NCBI GenBank assembly: GCA_018241645.1
Contig: JAFEDL010000062.1
Location: forward strand, 1,112 to 65,111
Origin: Pseudomonadota bacterium
GTDB lineage: Bacteria > Pseudomonadota > Gammaproteobacteria > Burkholderiales > SG8-39
Reading direction: 5' to 3'
DNA length: 64,000 nt
Position numbers and translations under genes: made by a program. The stretch's first letter is position 1. Each line of letters opens with the position of its first letter. Below, in pieces: positions 28,707 through 40,085 of the stretch. The notes beneath the pieces were generated by a model. It was not told the origin of the DNA. It worked only from the letters and a program-made list of their open reading frames with translations, and searched no databases.

Positions 28707-30128
28707 ATGTACAAGCACAGGCTGTTGGCGTTTGCCGTCGCCGTGTTCGCGCTGCCACATGCCGCGCTTGCGGCCACCGATGACGACCTGAAGGAGCTGC
28801 GCGAGCAGGTCCGCCAGCTGAGGGAAAGCTACGAGAAGCGCATCGAGGCGCTGGAAAAGCGCTTGCAGCAGGCCGAGCAGGCCGCGGGCAAGGCCGAGGC
28901 CGTGGCTACGCAGGCCCAGGGCACGGCTACCCAGGCGGCGGTGCAGGGCGGCAGCCGTCCTGCAGGCGAGGGCGCGTTCAACCCGGGCATATCGCTGATC
29001 CTGAACGGGACCTACGGGAACCTGTCGCGCGACCCGGCACGCTACCGGATCGGCGGGTTCACCCCTACGGGCGGCGAAGTCGCGCCGCCCGGGCGCGGCC
29101 TGAGCCTGGGCGAGTCGGAACTCGCCATCAGCGCGAACGTGGACCAGTATTTCCGCGGGACCCTGATGGCCGCGCTCGGGGCCGACGACCGGATCGGCGT
29201 GGAGGAGGCGTACCTGCAGACGCTGGCGTTGTCGAACGGGTTCACGCTGAAGGGCGGTCGATTCTTTTCCGGCGTCGGCTACCAGAACGAGATCCACGCG
29301 CACGCCTGGGACTTCACCGATGCCTCGCTCGCGGCGAAGGCCTTCCTCGGCAACCAGCTTGCCGACGACGGCCTGCAGGTGAAGTGGGTAGCGCCGACCG
29401 ACCTGTACCTCGCGCTGGGCGCGGAAGCCGGGCGCGGGCGCAAGTTTCCCGGCGGACCGGACGGCGGCCGCAGCAAGAACGGCTTCGGCTCGGGCGTGCT
29501 GTTCGCGCACCTGGGCGGCGACCTCGGCGCGAGCACCGCGTGGCGCGTCGGATTGTCGCACCTGCAGACCTCGCCGCAGGACCGCACCTACACCGACCTC
29601 GACTCGGCGGGGGCGAGCGTGACCAACAGCTACACAGGCACGAGCCGCCTCTGGGTGCTCGATGGTGTATTGAAGTGGGCGCCCAACGGGAACTCGACCG
29701 AAACCAGTTTCAAACTGCAGGGCGAATACTTCCGCAGGAACGAAGGCGGCAGCCTCACGTACGACACTACGGCCGCGTCGCTCGGCCGGCGCACCGGGGC
29801 GTACTCGTCGCAGCAGTCGGGCTACTACGTGCAGGGGGTCTACCAGTTCATGCCGCAGTGGCGCGCGGGCTATCGCTACGACAGGCTCGGGGCCGGCACC
29901 ACGAGCATCGGGCTGGTGAATTCAGGCGCGCTCTCGGCGGCCGACTTCCCCATCCTCAATGCCTACACCCCCACGCGCAACACCTTCATGGTCGACTGGA
30001 GCCCGAGCGAATTCAGCCGCCTGCGGCTGCAGTTCGCGCGCGACCGCTCGCAGCCCGGCGCCGCCGACAACCAGGTCTTCCTCCAGTACATCATGAGCCT
30101 CGGGGCCCATGGCGCGCACAAGTTCTGA
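28707..30128 (+). CDS. outer-membrane beta-barrel protein with N-terminal coiled coil (porin-like, possibly OprO/P-type superfamily)
   Basis: ATG 28707 follows GAGGAGGG. Signal peptide MYKHRLLAFAVAVFALPHAALA, then the heptad-like DDDLKELREQVRQLRESYEKRIEALEKRLQQAEQ. The rest has an alternating beta-strand pattern and ends in a C-terminal HKF aromatic residue. Confidence 0.7.
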   Translation: MYKHRLLAFAVAVFALPHAALAATDDDLKELREQVRQLRESYEKRIEALEKRLQQAEQAAGKAEAVATQAQGTATQAAVQGGSRPAGEGAFNPGISLILNGTYGNLSRDPARYRIGGFTPTGGEVAPPGRGLSLGESELAISANVDQYFRGTLMAALGADDRIGVEEAYLQTLALSNGFTLKGGRFFSGVGYQNEIHAHAWDFTDASLAAKAFLGNQLADDGLQVKWVAPTDLYLALGAEAGRGRKFPGGPDGGRSKNGFGSGVLFAHLGGDLGASTAWRVGLSHLQTSPQDRTYTDLDSAGASVTNSYTGTSRLWVLDGVLKWAPNGNSTETSFKLQGEYFRRNEGGSLTYDTTAASLGRRTGAYSSQQSGYYVQGVYQFMPQWRAGYRYDRLGAGTTSIGLVNSGALSAADFPILNAYTPTRNTFMVDWSPSEFSRLRLQFARDRSQPGAADNQVFLQYIMSLGAHGAHKF

Positions 30129-30137
30129 GGTGAAACG

Positions 30138-31043
30138 ATGACGACGATATTCAAGGTGCTGTTTGCACTGGGCCTTGCGGCGGCCGCATTGCCGGCGCGC
30201 GCGGCCCTCAACGTGTTCGCCTGCGAGCCCGAATGGGGCGCGCTGGCCAAGGAGATCGCCGGGGACCGGGTCTCGGTCTATCCGGCCACCACCGCGCTGC
30301 AGGACCCGCACCGCATCGAGGCGCGGCCCAGCCTGATCGCGCGCATCCGCTCGGCCGACCTGGTCGTGTGCACCGGCTCGCAACTCGAGGTCGGCTGGCT
30401 GCCGTTGCTGTTCACCCAGTCGGGCAACGCGAAGATCCAGCCCGGCTCGCCCGGCTTCCTCGAGGCGTCGCAGCTCGTCGCGCGGATCGAGATCCCGACG
30501 GTGATCGATCGCTCGATGGGCGACATCCACCCGGGCGGCAACCCGCACATCCACCTCGACCCGCGCAACATCGCCAAGGTGGCCGAAGCGCTCGGCGCCC
30601 GGCTGGCGCAGGTCGACCCGGCCAACGCGCCGGCGTACAAGGCCGGCACGGCGGCGTTCATGGAGCGCTGGCAGTTGGCAATCGCGCGCTGGGAGAAGGC
30701 GGCGGCGCGCCTCAGGGGCGTTCCGCTCGTCGTTTACCATAAGGACATGTCGTACCTGATCCAGTGGCTGGGCATGCGCGAAGCGGGCAGCCTCGAACCG
30801 AAGCCGGGCATACCGGCCACGCCCGCGCACCTCGCGGACCTCGTGGAACGCATGAAGCGCGACCCTGCGAAGGTGATCGTCTACTCGGCGTACAACAGCC
30901 CCAAGGCGGCGGAGTTTCTCGCCGAACGCACCGCGATTCCCGCGACGATGCTGCCTTACACGGTGGGCGGCAGCGACAAGGCGAAGGACCTTTACGGGCT
31001 GTTCGACGACACCATCAACCGCCTGCTTGCGGCGGTGAAATGA
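30138..31043 (+). CDS. ZnuA/TroA-like (cluster A-I) metal ABC transporter substrate-binding protein
   Basis: Signal peptide, then LQDPHRIEARPS, GDIHPGGNPHIHLDP and VVYHKDMSYL, which correspond to the conserved metal-ligand blocks of the ZnuA family. There is no His-rich loop. Confidence 0.85.
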   Translation: MTTIFKVLFALGLAAAALPARAALNVFACEPEWGALAKEIAGDRVSVYPATTALQDPHRIEARPSLIARIRSADLVVCTGSQLEVGWLPLLFTQSGNAKIQPGSPGFLEASQLVARIEIPTVIDRSMGDIHPGGNPHIHLDPRNIAKVAEALGARLAQVDPANAPAYKAGTAAFMERWQLAIARWEKAAARLRGVPLVVYHKDMSYLIQWLGMREAGSLEPKPGIPATPAHLADLVERMKRDPAKVIVYSAYNSPKAAEFLAERTAIPATMLPYTVGGSDKAKDLYGLFDDTINRLLAAVK

Positions 31044-31792
31044 GCTTCGACACCGCGAGCCTGGGCCTGCTCGTGCCGGCGATGGCCGCCGGCCTGCTGG
31101 TCACGGCGACCCATGTGCCGCTGGGCATGCAGGTGATCGGCCGGGGCATCGTGTTCGTCGACCTCGCGATCGCGCAGATCGCCGGCCTCGGGGTGATCCT
31201 GGCCGACGTGCTCGGCTGGGAGCCGCAAGGCATCGCGATGCAGGTCGCCGCGCTCTCGGCCGCCCTGGCGGCGGCGCTGCTGCTGACATGGACCGAGCGC
31301 CGCTGGCCCGAAGTGCAGGAGGCGATCATCGGCGTGACGTTCGTGCTGGCCTCCAGCGCCGCGGTCCTGCTGCTGGCGGGCAACCCGCACGGGGGCGAGC
31401 ACCTCAAGGACCTGCTGGTCGGCCAGATCCTGTGGGTCGATCCCGCGCGCTTGCTGCCGGTGGCACTGGTGTACGGGATCGTCCTCGCGGTCTGGTTCGG
31501 CCTGGGCGAGCGGATCGGCCGGGCCGGGTTCTACGCGCTGTTCGCGTGCGCGGTGACGGTATCGGTGCAGCTGGTCGGCCTCTACCTCGTGTTTTCCACG
31601 CTGGTGATCCCGGCGCTGGCGACCTTTTATGCCAGGCGCCGGCGCCTCGCCTGGGCCTATGCGATCGGCGCGCTGGGCTATGCCGCCGGGCTCTCCGTGT
31701 CCGCGGCGGCGGACCTGCCCTCCGGCCCGATGGTGGTCTGCGCAATGGGGCTTGCCGGCGCCCTGGCGGCCCTGGCGCTCAGGCGACAATAG
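31040..31792 (+). CDS. ABC-3 family (ZnuB/MntB-like) metal transporter permease; no cognate ATPase gene adjacent
   Basis: ATG 31040 overlaps the binding-protein stop (ATGA). [55 protein letters not shown] and DLPSGPMVV align with ZnuB blocks. Confidence 0.8.
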   Translation: MSFDTASLGLLVPAMAAGLLVTATHVPLGMQVIGRGIVFVDLAIAQIAGLGVILADVLGWEPQGIAMQVAALSAALAAALLLTWTERRWPEVQEAIIGVTFVLASSAAVLLLAGNPHGGEHLKDLLVGQILWVDPARLLPVALVYGIVLAVWFGLGERIGRAGFYALFACAVTVSVQLVGLYLVFSTLVIPALATFYARRRRLAWAYAIGALGYAAGLSVSAAADLPSGPMVVCAMGLAGALAALALRRQ

Positions 31793-31798
31793 CGGGGG

Positions 31799-31826
31799 GT
31801 TGCATTTGCCGCCCGCGACCCCACTT
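31799..31826 (+). promoter_or_regulatory. candidate sigma32 (RpoH) promoter of hslVU
   Basis: GTTGCAT-N13-CCCCACTT compared with the consensus CTTGAAA-N13/14-CCCCATNT. It lies 28 nt upstream of the hslV ATG. Confidence 0.45.
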
Positions 31827-31853
31827 CTCCCAGGTCAACCCTCCGGATCCAGC

Positions 31854-32390
31854 ATGGAACAATTCCACGGCACGACCATCCTTTCGGTACGGCGCGGCAA
31901 CAGCGTAGCGCTCGGCGGCGACGGCCAGGTGACCCTCGGGCACATCGTCATCAAGGGCGGCGCGCGCAAGGTGAGGCGCCTGTACCACGACAAGATCCTC
32001 GCCGGGTTCGCGGGCGGCACCGCCGACGCCTTCACGCTGTTCGAGCGGTTCGAGGCCAAGCTCGAGAAGCACCAGGGCCACCTGATGCGCTCCGCGGTCG
32101 AGCTCGCCAAGGACTGGCGCACGGACCGCATGCTGCGCCGGCTGGAAGCGATGCTGGCCGTGGCCGACCGCGACCACTCGCTGGTGATCACCGGGCAGGG
32201 GGACGTGCTCGAACCCGAGCACGGCATCGTCGCGATCGGCTCCGGCGGGCCGTATGCGCAGGCGGCCGCGCGCGGCCTGCTCGAGAACACGGCGCTGGGC
32301 GCGCGCGACATTGTCGAGAAGTCGCTGTCGATCGCCGCGGACCTGTGCATCTACACGAACCACCAACGCGTGATCGAGGTGCTGGAGTGA
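31854..32390 (+). CDS. hslV: ATP-dependent protease subunit HslV
   Basis: ORF 31629..32390 trimmed to ATG 31854. [29 protein letters not shown] (N-terminal Thr active-site context). Confidence 0.96.
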   Translation: MEQFHGTTILSVRRGNSVALGGDGQVTLGHIVIKGGARKVRRLYHDKILAGFAGGTADAFTLFERFEAKLEKHQGHLMRSAVELAKDWRTDRMLRRLEAMLAVADRDHSLVITGQGDVLEPEHGIVAIGSGGPYAQAAARGLLENTALGARDIVEKSLSIAADLCIYTNHQRVIEVLE

Positions 32391-33721
32391 GTGCAATGAT
32401 GCCGCAGGAAATCGTCCACGAGCTGGACAAGCACATCGTCGGGCAGGCCAGGGCCAAGCGCGCGGTGGCGATCGCGTTGCGCAACCGCTGGCGGCGCCAG
32501 CAGGTGGCGGAACCCCTGCGCCAGGAGATCACGCCGAAGAACATCCTGATGATCGGCCCCACGGGCGTGGGCAAGACCGAGATCGCGCGGCGCCTCGCGC
32601 GGCTTGCGGACGCGCCGTTCATCAAGGTCGAGGCCACCAAGTTCACCGAGGTGGGCTACGTGGGGCGAGACGTCGACACCATCATCCGCGACCTCGTCGA
32701 GATCGCCGTCAAGGGCGCCCGCGAGCAGGCGATGCGCCGAGTGCGCAGCCGCGCGGCGGATGCCGCCGAGGAACGCGTCCTCGATGCGCTGCTGCCGCCG
32801 GTCCGGGAAGTCGGATTCGCGGCCGCGAACGACGCGGCCGGGGAAAACCCCACCCGGCAGAAATTCAGGAAGAAGCTGCGCGAGGGCGAACTCGACGACA
32901 AGGAGATCGAGTTCGAGGTCGCCGCGGTGCAGCCGCAGATGGAAATCATGGCGCCGCCCGGCATGGAGGAGCTCACCACCCAGATCCAGGGCATGTTCCA
33001 GAACCTGGGCGCCGGGCGCAGGAAGACGCGCAAGATGAAGATCCGCGAGGCCATGGCGCTCGCCACCGAGGAAGAGGCCGCGCGCCTCGTGTCCGACGAA
33101 GACCTGAAGGCGAAGGCCCTGGAGAACGTGGAGCAGAACGGCATCGTGTTCCTCGACGAGATCGACAAGATCGCGAGCCGCTCCGAGGTCGGGGGGGCCG
33201 ACGTGTCGCGCCAGGGCGTGCAGCGCGACCTCCTGCCGCTGGTGGAAGGCACCACGGTCTCGACCAAGTACGGGATGGTGAAGACCGACCACATCCTCTT
33301 CATCGCGAGCGGCGCGTTCCACTACGCCAAGCCCTCGGACCTGATCCCCGAACTGCAGGGGCGCTTCCCGATCCGCGTCGAGCTCGACTCCCTGTCGGTG
33401 GGCGATTTCGAGAAGATCCTTACGGGGACGGATGCGTGCCTCGTGCGCCAGTACGAGGCCCTGCTCGCCACCGAAGGCGTGGGGGTCGAGTTCCGCCCGG
33501 AGGCGATCCGCCGGCTGGCCGAGATCGCCTATGCGGTGAACGAGCAGATGGAGAACATCGGCGCGCGGCGCCTGTACACCGTGCTCGAGAAGCTGCTCGA
33601 GGAGGTGTCCTTCGACGCCGGCAAGCGCGGGGCCGAGGCGGTGGTCATCGACGCCGCCTACGTGGACGCGAGGCTGGCGGATCTGTCGAAAAATGAGGAC
33701 CTTGCGCGCTTCGTGCTCTGA
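32387..33721 (+). CDS. hslU: ATP-dependent protease ATPase subunit HslU
   Basis: GTG 32387 overlaps the hslV stop. (M)[36 protein letters not shown] is colinear with the E. coli HslU N-terminus. Walker [19 protein letters not shown] 32396 is an alternative start. Confidence 0.95.
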   Translation: MSAMMPQEIVHELDKHIVGQARAKRAVAIALRNRWRRQQVAEPLRQEITPKNILMIGPTGVGKTEIARRLARLADAPFIKVEATKFTEVGYVGRDVDTIIRDLVEIAVKGAREQAMRRVRSRAADAAEERVLDALLPPVREVGFAAANDAAGENPTRQKFRKKLREGELDDKEIEFEVAAVQPQMEIMAPPGMEELTTQIQGMFQNLGAGRRKTRKMKIREAMALATEEEAARLVSDEDLKAKALENVEQNGIVFLDEIDKIASRSEVGGADVSRQGVQRDLLPLVEGTTVSTKYGMVKTDHILFIASGAFHYAKPSDLIPELQGRFPIRVELDSLSVGDFEKILTGTDACLVRQYEALLATEGVGVEFRPEAIRRLAEIAYAVNEQMENIGARRLYTVLEKLLEEVSFDAGKRGAEAVVIDAAYVDARLADLSKNEDLARFVL

Positions 33722-33737
33722 GGGCGCGGCGGGGGGG

Positions 33738-33766
33738 CTTGAAACCGGGCCCGCCTTCCCCAATCT
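33738..33766 (+). promoter_or_regulatory. sigma32 (RpoH) promoter of the hsp20 gene
   Basis: CTTGAAA-N13-CCCCAATCT, a near-consensus heat-shock promoter about 55 nt upstream of ATG 33822. Confidence 0.7.
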
Positions 33767-33821
33767 GCTGGTGGCACGGGGCGATGCCCCGGACCCATTC
33801 AGACAGGAAAGGAGATCGATC

Positions 33822-35234
<1,413 letters not shown>

Positions 35235-35235
<1 letters not shown>

Positions 35236-35936
35236 TGCGCATTGCCGGCATCCCCGCGTCGCGGCGGGTGTGGATCTTCGACCTAGACAACACGCTGCAC
35301 GACGCGCGGCCGCACATCTTCCCGGCCATGCACGTGCAGATCAACGACTACATCAAGCAGAAGTTCGCCGTCGACGAGGCCGGGGCGAACACCATCCGTG
35401 CCGGCTTCTGGGCGAAGTACGGCACCACGCTCTCCGGCCTCATGCGCCACCACGGCACCGACCCGCGCGAGTTCCTCACGGCGACGCACCAGTTCCCGGA
35501 GCTGGGCGACATGCTGGTCCACGAAAACGCGCTGCGGCATGCATTGGCGCGCCTCGGCGGCACGAAGCTGGTGTTTTCCAACGCGCCGCGGCACTACGTC
35601 GAGCAGGTCCTGGGCGCGATGGGCGTGCGCCGCCATTTCGACGCGGTCTACTCGATCGAGAGCACGCGCTACCGCCCCAAACCCTCCTCGGCCGGCTTCC
35701 ACGTCCTCCTGCGGGCCCACAAGCTCGACCCGCACCGCTGCGTGTTCGTGGACGACGTGCTGGAGAACCTGCAGGCGGCCAAGCGCCTGGGCATCGCCAC
35801 GGTCTGGGTGGCGGGCGGGGTGGCGAAGCCCCGCTTCGTGGACCTCAGGGTGGCGTCGGTCATCGACCTGCCGCGGCACGTGTTGCGGCATGCGTCCGGC
35901 GGCGCGCGCCGGCCGACCCCCCGCCGCCCGTTCTAG
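35235..35936 (+). CDS. HAD-superfamily pyrimidine 5'-nucleotidase-like hydrolase
   Basis: VWIFDLDNTLH (DxDxT motif), FSNAP, FVDDVLENL. TAATG overlap with argB. Confidence 0.8.
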
Positions 35937-35974
35937 CGATACAATCTGCGCGTCCATGAACCATTCCTCCTGAC

Positions 35975-36562
35975 ATGCCGCGCGAGAAGAGCGAACGCAA
36001 GAAGGGCGAGCGCCGCCTGGAGATCCTGAGGGCGCTGGCCGGGATCCTCGAGTCGCCGCGCCGGGAGAAGATCACCACCGCGCTGCTGGCCGAGAAGCTC
36101 GACGTCTCCGAGGCCGCGCTCTACCGGCACTTCGCTTCCAAGGCGCAGATGTACGAGGGCCTGATCGAGTTCATCGAGAGCTCGATCTTCACGCTCGCCA
36201 ACCGCATCGCGGAGGAGGAGTCCGACGCGCGCCGCCAGGCACCGCGCCTCGTCGAGACGCTGCTGGCCTTTGCCGAGACCAACCCGGGCATGGTGCGCGT
36301 GCTGACCGGCGAGGCGCTGGTGGGCGAGCACGAGCGGCTGCAGGCGCGCATCAACCAGTTCTTCGACCGCTTCGAGGCGACGCTGAAGCAATCCCTCAAG
36401 CTGGCCGCCGCGCACGACGCAGGCGGCGCGGCCGGCGACCCGGCGGCGCATGCGGCGGCGCTCACCCGCTATTCGATCGGCTGCCTGCACGCCTACGCCC
36501 ACAGCGGCTTCGCGAAAAAGCCCTCCGAGTCCCTGGCCGGGCACTGGCGCTACATCGGGTAG
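35975..36562 (+). CDS. slmA: nucleoid occlusion factor SlmA (TetR family)
   Basis: RRLEILRALAGILESPRREKITTALLAEKLDVSEAALYRHFASKAQMYEGLIEFIESS is colinear with E. coli SlmA. Confidence 0.9.
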   Translation: MPREKSERKKGERRLEILRALAGILESPRREKITTALLAEKLDVSEAALYRHFASKAQMYEGLIEFIESSIFTLANRIAEEESDARRQAPRLVETLLAFAETNPGMVRVLTGEALVGEHERLQARINQFFDRFEATLKQSLKLAAAHDAGGAAGDPAAHAAALTRYSIGCLHAYAHSGFAKKPSESLAGHWRYIG

Positions 36563-36629
36563 TTTTCCAAAACAGGCATGCAGGTTGGCCGGAGAGCGGC
36601 TCCGGAAGCCGCGCTCCGGATTCCATTCT

Positions 36630-37382
36630 TCAGGATTTAGTGCCGCACACCGGGCAGGCCGGATCCTTCGGCACGCGCACCGCTCGCCACTCGGCATGCA
36701 GCGCGTCGAACATCTGCAGCCGCCCGTTGAGCGGTTCGCCGAGGCGCGCCAGCAGCTTGATCGCCTCCGCCGCCTGCAGCGCCCCGATGGTCCCGGTGAG
36801 CGGCGAGAACACGCCCATCACCGCGCAGGCCACTTCCTCGGCCGCGGTGTCCTCGGGAAACAGGCACGCGTAGCAGGGCGCGCCGGCGCGGCGCAGGTCG
36901 AACACGGCGAGCTGCCCGTCGAAGCGGATCGCAGCGCCCGAGACCAGCGGTTTCGAGTGCTTCACGCAGGCGCGATTCAGGGCATGGCGCGTGGCGAAAT
37001 TGTCGGTGCAGTCGAGCACCACGTCTGCGGCTGCGACGAGGCGCTCCATTTCCGCGCCTTCGAGCCGCGCCGCCAGCGCGACGACTTCGACTTCGGGATT
37101 CACTTCGCCGAGCGCTGCCTTCGCCGAACCGGCCTTCGGCCTGCCGACCGCGGCATCGCGATACAGGATCTGGCGCTGCAGGTTGGTGGCGTCCACCTTG
37201 TCGCCGTCGGCGATGGTGAGGCGGCCCACGCCGCTGGCCGCGAGGTAGAGCGCCGCGGGGCAGCCGAGGCCGCCTGCGCCGACGATCAGCGCATGGCTGG
37301 CAAGCAGCCTTTCCTGCGCCTCGACGCCGAACTCGTCGAGCAGGATGTGCCGGCTGTAGCGCAGCAGTTGCGCGTCATGCAC
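36630..37382 (-). CDS. moeB: molybdopterin-synthase adenylyltransferase MoeB (ThiF/HesA family)
   Basis: GTG start. LLRYSRHILL...VGAGGLGCPAALYLAASGVG...CYACLFP...CPVCG. Confidence 0.9.
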   Translation of the reverse strand: MHDAQLLRYSRHILLDEFGVEAQERLLASHALIVGAGGLGCPAALYLAASGVGRLTIADGDKVDATNLQRQILYRDAAVGRPKAGSAKAALGEVNPEVEVVALAARLEGAEMERLVAAADVVLDCTDNFATRHALNRACVKHSKPLVSGAAIRFDGQLAVFDLRRAGAPCYACLFPEDTAAEEVACAVMGVFSPLTGTIGALQAAEAIKLLARLGEPLNGRLQMFDALHAEWRAVRVPKDPACPVCGTKS

Positions 37383-37401
37383 GGCCGGCCCCGGGCGCGG
37401 A

Positions 37402-38832
37402 TCAGTTCGCCTTGGCGTCCGCGACCGACTTGGGCGGCTGGCCCTTGACCGGTTCGCCCTTGAGGTGCGCGATCGCCTGCACCAGCTGGAAGTCGTCCTT
37501 CGACCCGAGCTCGACCGGCTTCTTGCCGGCCTCGTCGGCGGGATGGGTCGCCGCAGGCTTGGCTTTCTGGGCGGCGGCCTTCTCGGCGGCCTCCTTGTCG
37601 GCGGCTTCCTTGCCGTTGGTGAGGTGCCGCTGCAGGTCGGCTTCGCGCAGGCGCGCCTGCGGGTTGTCGCCCGGCTCCTCGACGATGATGTCGGGCGTGA
37701 TGCCCTTGGCCTGGATCGAGCGGCCGCTCGGCGTGAAGTAGCGCGCGGTGGTGAGCTTGATCGCAGTGCTGTTGCCCAGCGGCATGATGGTCTGCACCGA
37801 GCCCTTGCCGAAGCTCTGCGTGCCCATGACCGTCGCGCGCTTGTAGTCCTGCAGCGCGCCGGCGACGATCTCCGACGCCGAGGCCGAGCCGCCGTTGACC
37901 AGCACCACCATCGGCACGCTCTTCACTGCCGCGGGCAGGCCCTTGAGGAAGTCGTCGCGCCCGCCGCCGCGCAGGTAGTCGTCCGGCGAGGCGAAGTACT
38001 TGCGCTTGGCGTCCTCGGTGCGCCCGTCGGTGGACACCACCAGCGCCTTCTGCGGCAGGAACGTGGCCGAGATGGCGACCGCGCCGTAGAGCAGGCCGCC
38101 CGGGTCGTTGCGCAGGTCGAGCACGAGGCCCTTCATCGGGCCCTGCTTGAACATGGTGTCGAGCGCCTTGGCGAGGCTCTCGGCGGTCGCCTCCTGGAAC
38201 TGCGACACGCGCACGTAGCCGTATCCGGGCTCGACCACCTTGGACTTGACGCTCTGCACCTTGATGACTGCGCGGGTGAGGGTGAACACGAGCAGCTGCT
38301 GCTCGCCTTTGCGCGAGATCGTCAGCGTGATGTTGGTGTTGGGCTTGCCGCGCATGCGCTTCACGGCGTCGTTCAGGCTCATACCCTTGACCGGCGTGTC
38401 GTCGAGCTTGACGATCAGGTCGTTGGGCTTCACTCCGGCGCGGTAGGCGGGCGTGTCCTCGATCGGCGAGACGACCTTGACGAATCCGTCCTCCATGCCG
38501 ACCTCGATGCCCAGGCCGCCGAACTGGCCCTGGGTGCCGACCTGCAGTTCCTTGAACGCATCGGCATCCAGGTACGCCGAGTGCGGGTCGAGGCCGGTGA
38601 GCATGCCGTTGATGGCTTCGCTTATGAGCTTCTTGTCCTCCACGGGCTCGACGTAGTTGGACTTGATGGCGCCGAACACCTCGGTGAACGCGCGCAGCTC
38701 CTCGATCGGCAGCGGCGAACGGTCGCGCTGGGCGATGGCCTGGAAGTTGAGGCTGACCAGCACGCCGGCGACCACGCCGACGAGCACCAGCCCGGCCTGT
38801 CTGATTCTGCTGCCCTTCATGCTGCTGCCCAT
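37402..38832 (-). CDS. S41 family carboxyl-terminal processing protease
   Basis: ORF 37402..38874 trimmed to ATG 38832 (AGGAG 8 nt upstream). PDZ domain (GGLGIEV...AGVKPNDLIVKLD) plus S41 core (LVNGGSASASEI, catalytic-Ser context). Confidence 0.92.
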   Translation of the reverse strand: MGSSMKGSRIRQAGLVLVGVVAGVLVSLNFQAIAQRDRSPLPIEELRAFTEVFGAIKSNYVEPVEDKKLISEAINGMLTGLDPHSAYLDADAFKELQVGTQGQFGGLGIEVGMEDGFVKVVSPIEDTPAYRAGVKPNDLIVKLDDTPVKGMSLNDAVKRMRGKPNTNITLTISRKGEQQLLVFTLTRAVIKVQSVKSKVVEPGYGYVRVSQFQEATAESLAKALDTMFKQGPMKGLVLDLRNDPGGLLYGAVAISATFLPQKALVVSTDGRTEDAKRKYFASPDDYLRGGGRDDFLKGLPAAVKSVPMVVLVNGGSASASEIVAGALQDYKRATVMGTQSFGKGSVQTIMPLGNSTAIKLTTARYFTPSGRSIQAKGITPDIIVEEPGDNPQARLREADLQRHLTNGKEAADKEAAEKAAAQKAKPAATHPADEAGKKPVELGSKDDFQLVQAIAHLKGEPVKGQPPKSVADAKAN

Positions 38833-38855
38833 TTCACACGCTCCTGGATGCGGAT

Positions 38856-40082
38856 CTACCTGAGGTTCGACCACCGCAGCGGGTCGAACGCCTTGCCGAG
38901 ATACCGCAGTTCAAAGTATAAGCCCGTTTCCGCGCTGCCACCGGTGCTGCCGACGGTGGCGATCGGCTCGCCGGGCGAGACCGGGTCGCCGGGCTGCTTC
39001 AGCAGGGTTTCGTTGTTCCCGTAGACCGAAAGATAGGTTTCCCCGTGGTCCACGATCAGCAGGTTGCCGAACCCGCGCATCCAGTCCGCGAACACGACGC
39101 GCCCGGCGGCAATGGAGCGGACCGGCTGGCCTTCGGCGGAGCGGATGAAAATGCCCTTCGAACTCCCGCCTCCCTCCTTACGTTGACTGCCGAAGCGGGC
39201 AAGTAGTTCCCCGCGCACCGGCAGGCGCAGCTTTCCGCGCAGCTGCGAAAACGGCCCGTCCGCGCCTTCCGCGCCCGCTTCGGGCACCTTGTCCGTCGCG
39301 ATGCGCTCCCTGCGGGCATAGCCTGCGCCCGGCTTGGCGGACAGGACCTTGCCGATCTCCTCGACGAGGCGCGCCAGCCGCGATTCGTCGGCCACCAGCA
39401 CCTTGATCTCCCTGCGGTTGGCGCGGATATCGCCCGCCAGCCGCTCGAGCACCCGTTTTCTCTCGCGCGATTCGGCCAGGATCCGTTCGCGCTCGGTGCG
39501 CTTGCCGGCCTCGATCGCCTCCAGGCTCGCCGCCTTGTCGCGGACCGCCTGCGCGAGCTGCTCGAGTTCCGCGGCGTTGGCGCGGAAGGTCCCGAGCAGC
39601 CGCGCTGCGGCGCGCGACAGCATGCCGAGGTAATAGAGGTCGCGGGCGGCGTCGTTGGGATCCTTGCCCGACAACGCCACGCGCACGGCGTCGCGCAGTG
39701 GGTCGGAAGCGCCGGACGCATAGCGCGCGGCGAGCATCCGCCCGAGCGCGGCCTGCTGGTGCTCGAGGCCTTCCCCCAGCGCGCGGCGCCGGGCCGAGAG
39801 CCCCTTCAGCTCCTCCTGGGCGGCCCGGCTCTCGGTTTCGAGCGCGCGCAGTTCGCGCCCGGCGTCCGAGATCGCGCGTTCCGACTCGCGCAGCGCATCG
39901 CGGGATTCGCGGCGCGTGGCTTCCTTCTGGTCGAGCTCGGCCTTGAGGGACTCGATGCGGGTGCGCAGGGCCTTGAGGTCTTCGGCCTCCCGCGGCGCGC
40001 CTGCCGCGCGGACCGCCGGGAACGCCCCATGGCCGATCGAACCGCAGAGCAGGACGGCCGCAAGGAACGGCGCGACCCTCAT
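38856..40082 (-). CDS. envC: murein hydrolase activator EnvC-like (coiled coil plus LytM/M23 domain)
   Basis: Signal peptide, a long coiled coil (LKALRTRIESLKAELDQKEA...), and a C-terminal M23-like domain (GNLLIVDHGETYLSVYGNN...LYFELR). Confidence 0.85.
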   Translation of the reverse strand: MRVAPFLAAVLLCGSIGHGAFPAVRAAGAPREAEDLKALRTRIESLKAELDQKEATRRESRDALRESERAISDAGRELRALETESRAAQEELKGLSARRRALGEGLEHQQAALGRMLAARYASGASDPLRDAVRVALSGKDPNDAARDLYYLGMLSRAAARLLGTFRANAAELEQLAQAVRDKAASLEAIEAGKRTERERILAESRERKRVLERLAGDIRANRREIKVLVADESRLARLVEEIGKVLSAKPGAGYARRERIATDKVPEAGAEGADGPFSQLRGKLRLPVRGELLARFGSQRKEGGGSSKGIFIRSAEGQPVRSIAAGRVVFADWMRGFGNLLIVDHGETYLSVYGNNETLLKQPGDPVSPGEPIATVGSTGGSAETGLYFELRYLGKAFDPLRWSNLR

Positions 40083-40085
40083 CGC

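Noticed and set aside
33767-33821. ROSE-like RNA thermometer in the hsp20 5' UTR.
   Set aside because: Only a small GGGGC-GAT-GCCCC hairpin is present. No U-rich segment is able to pair with the AGGAAAGGAG ribosome-binding site.
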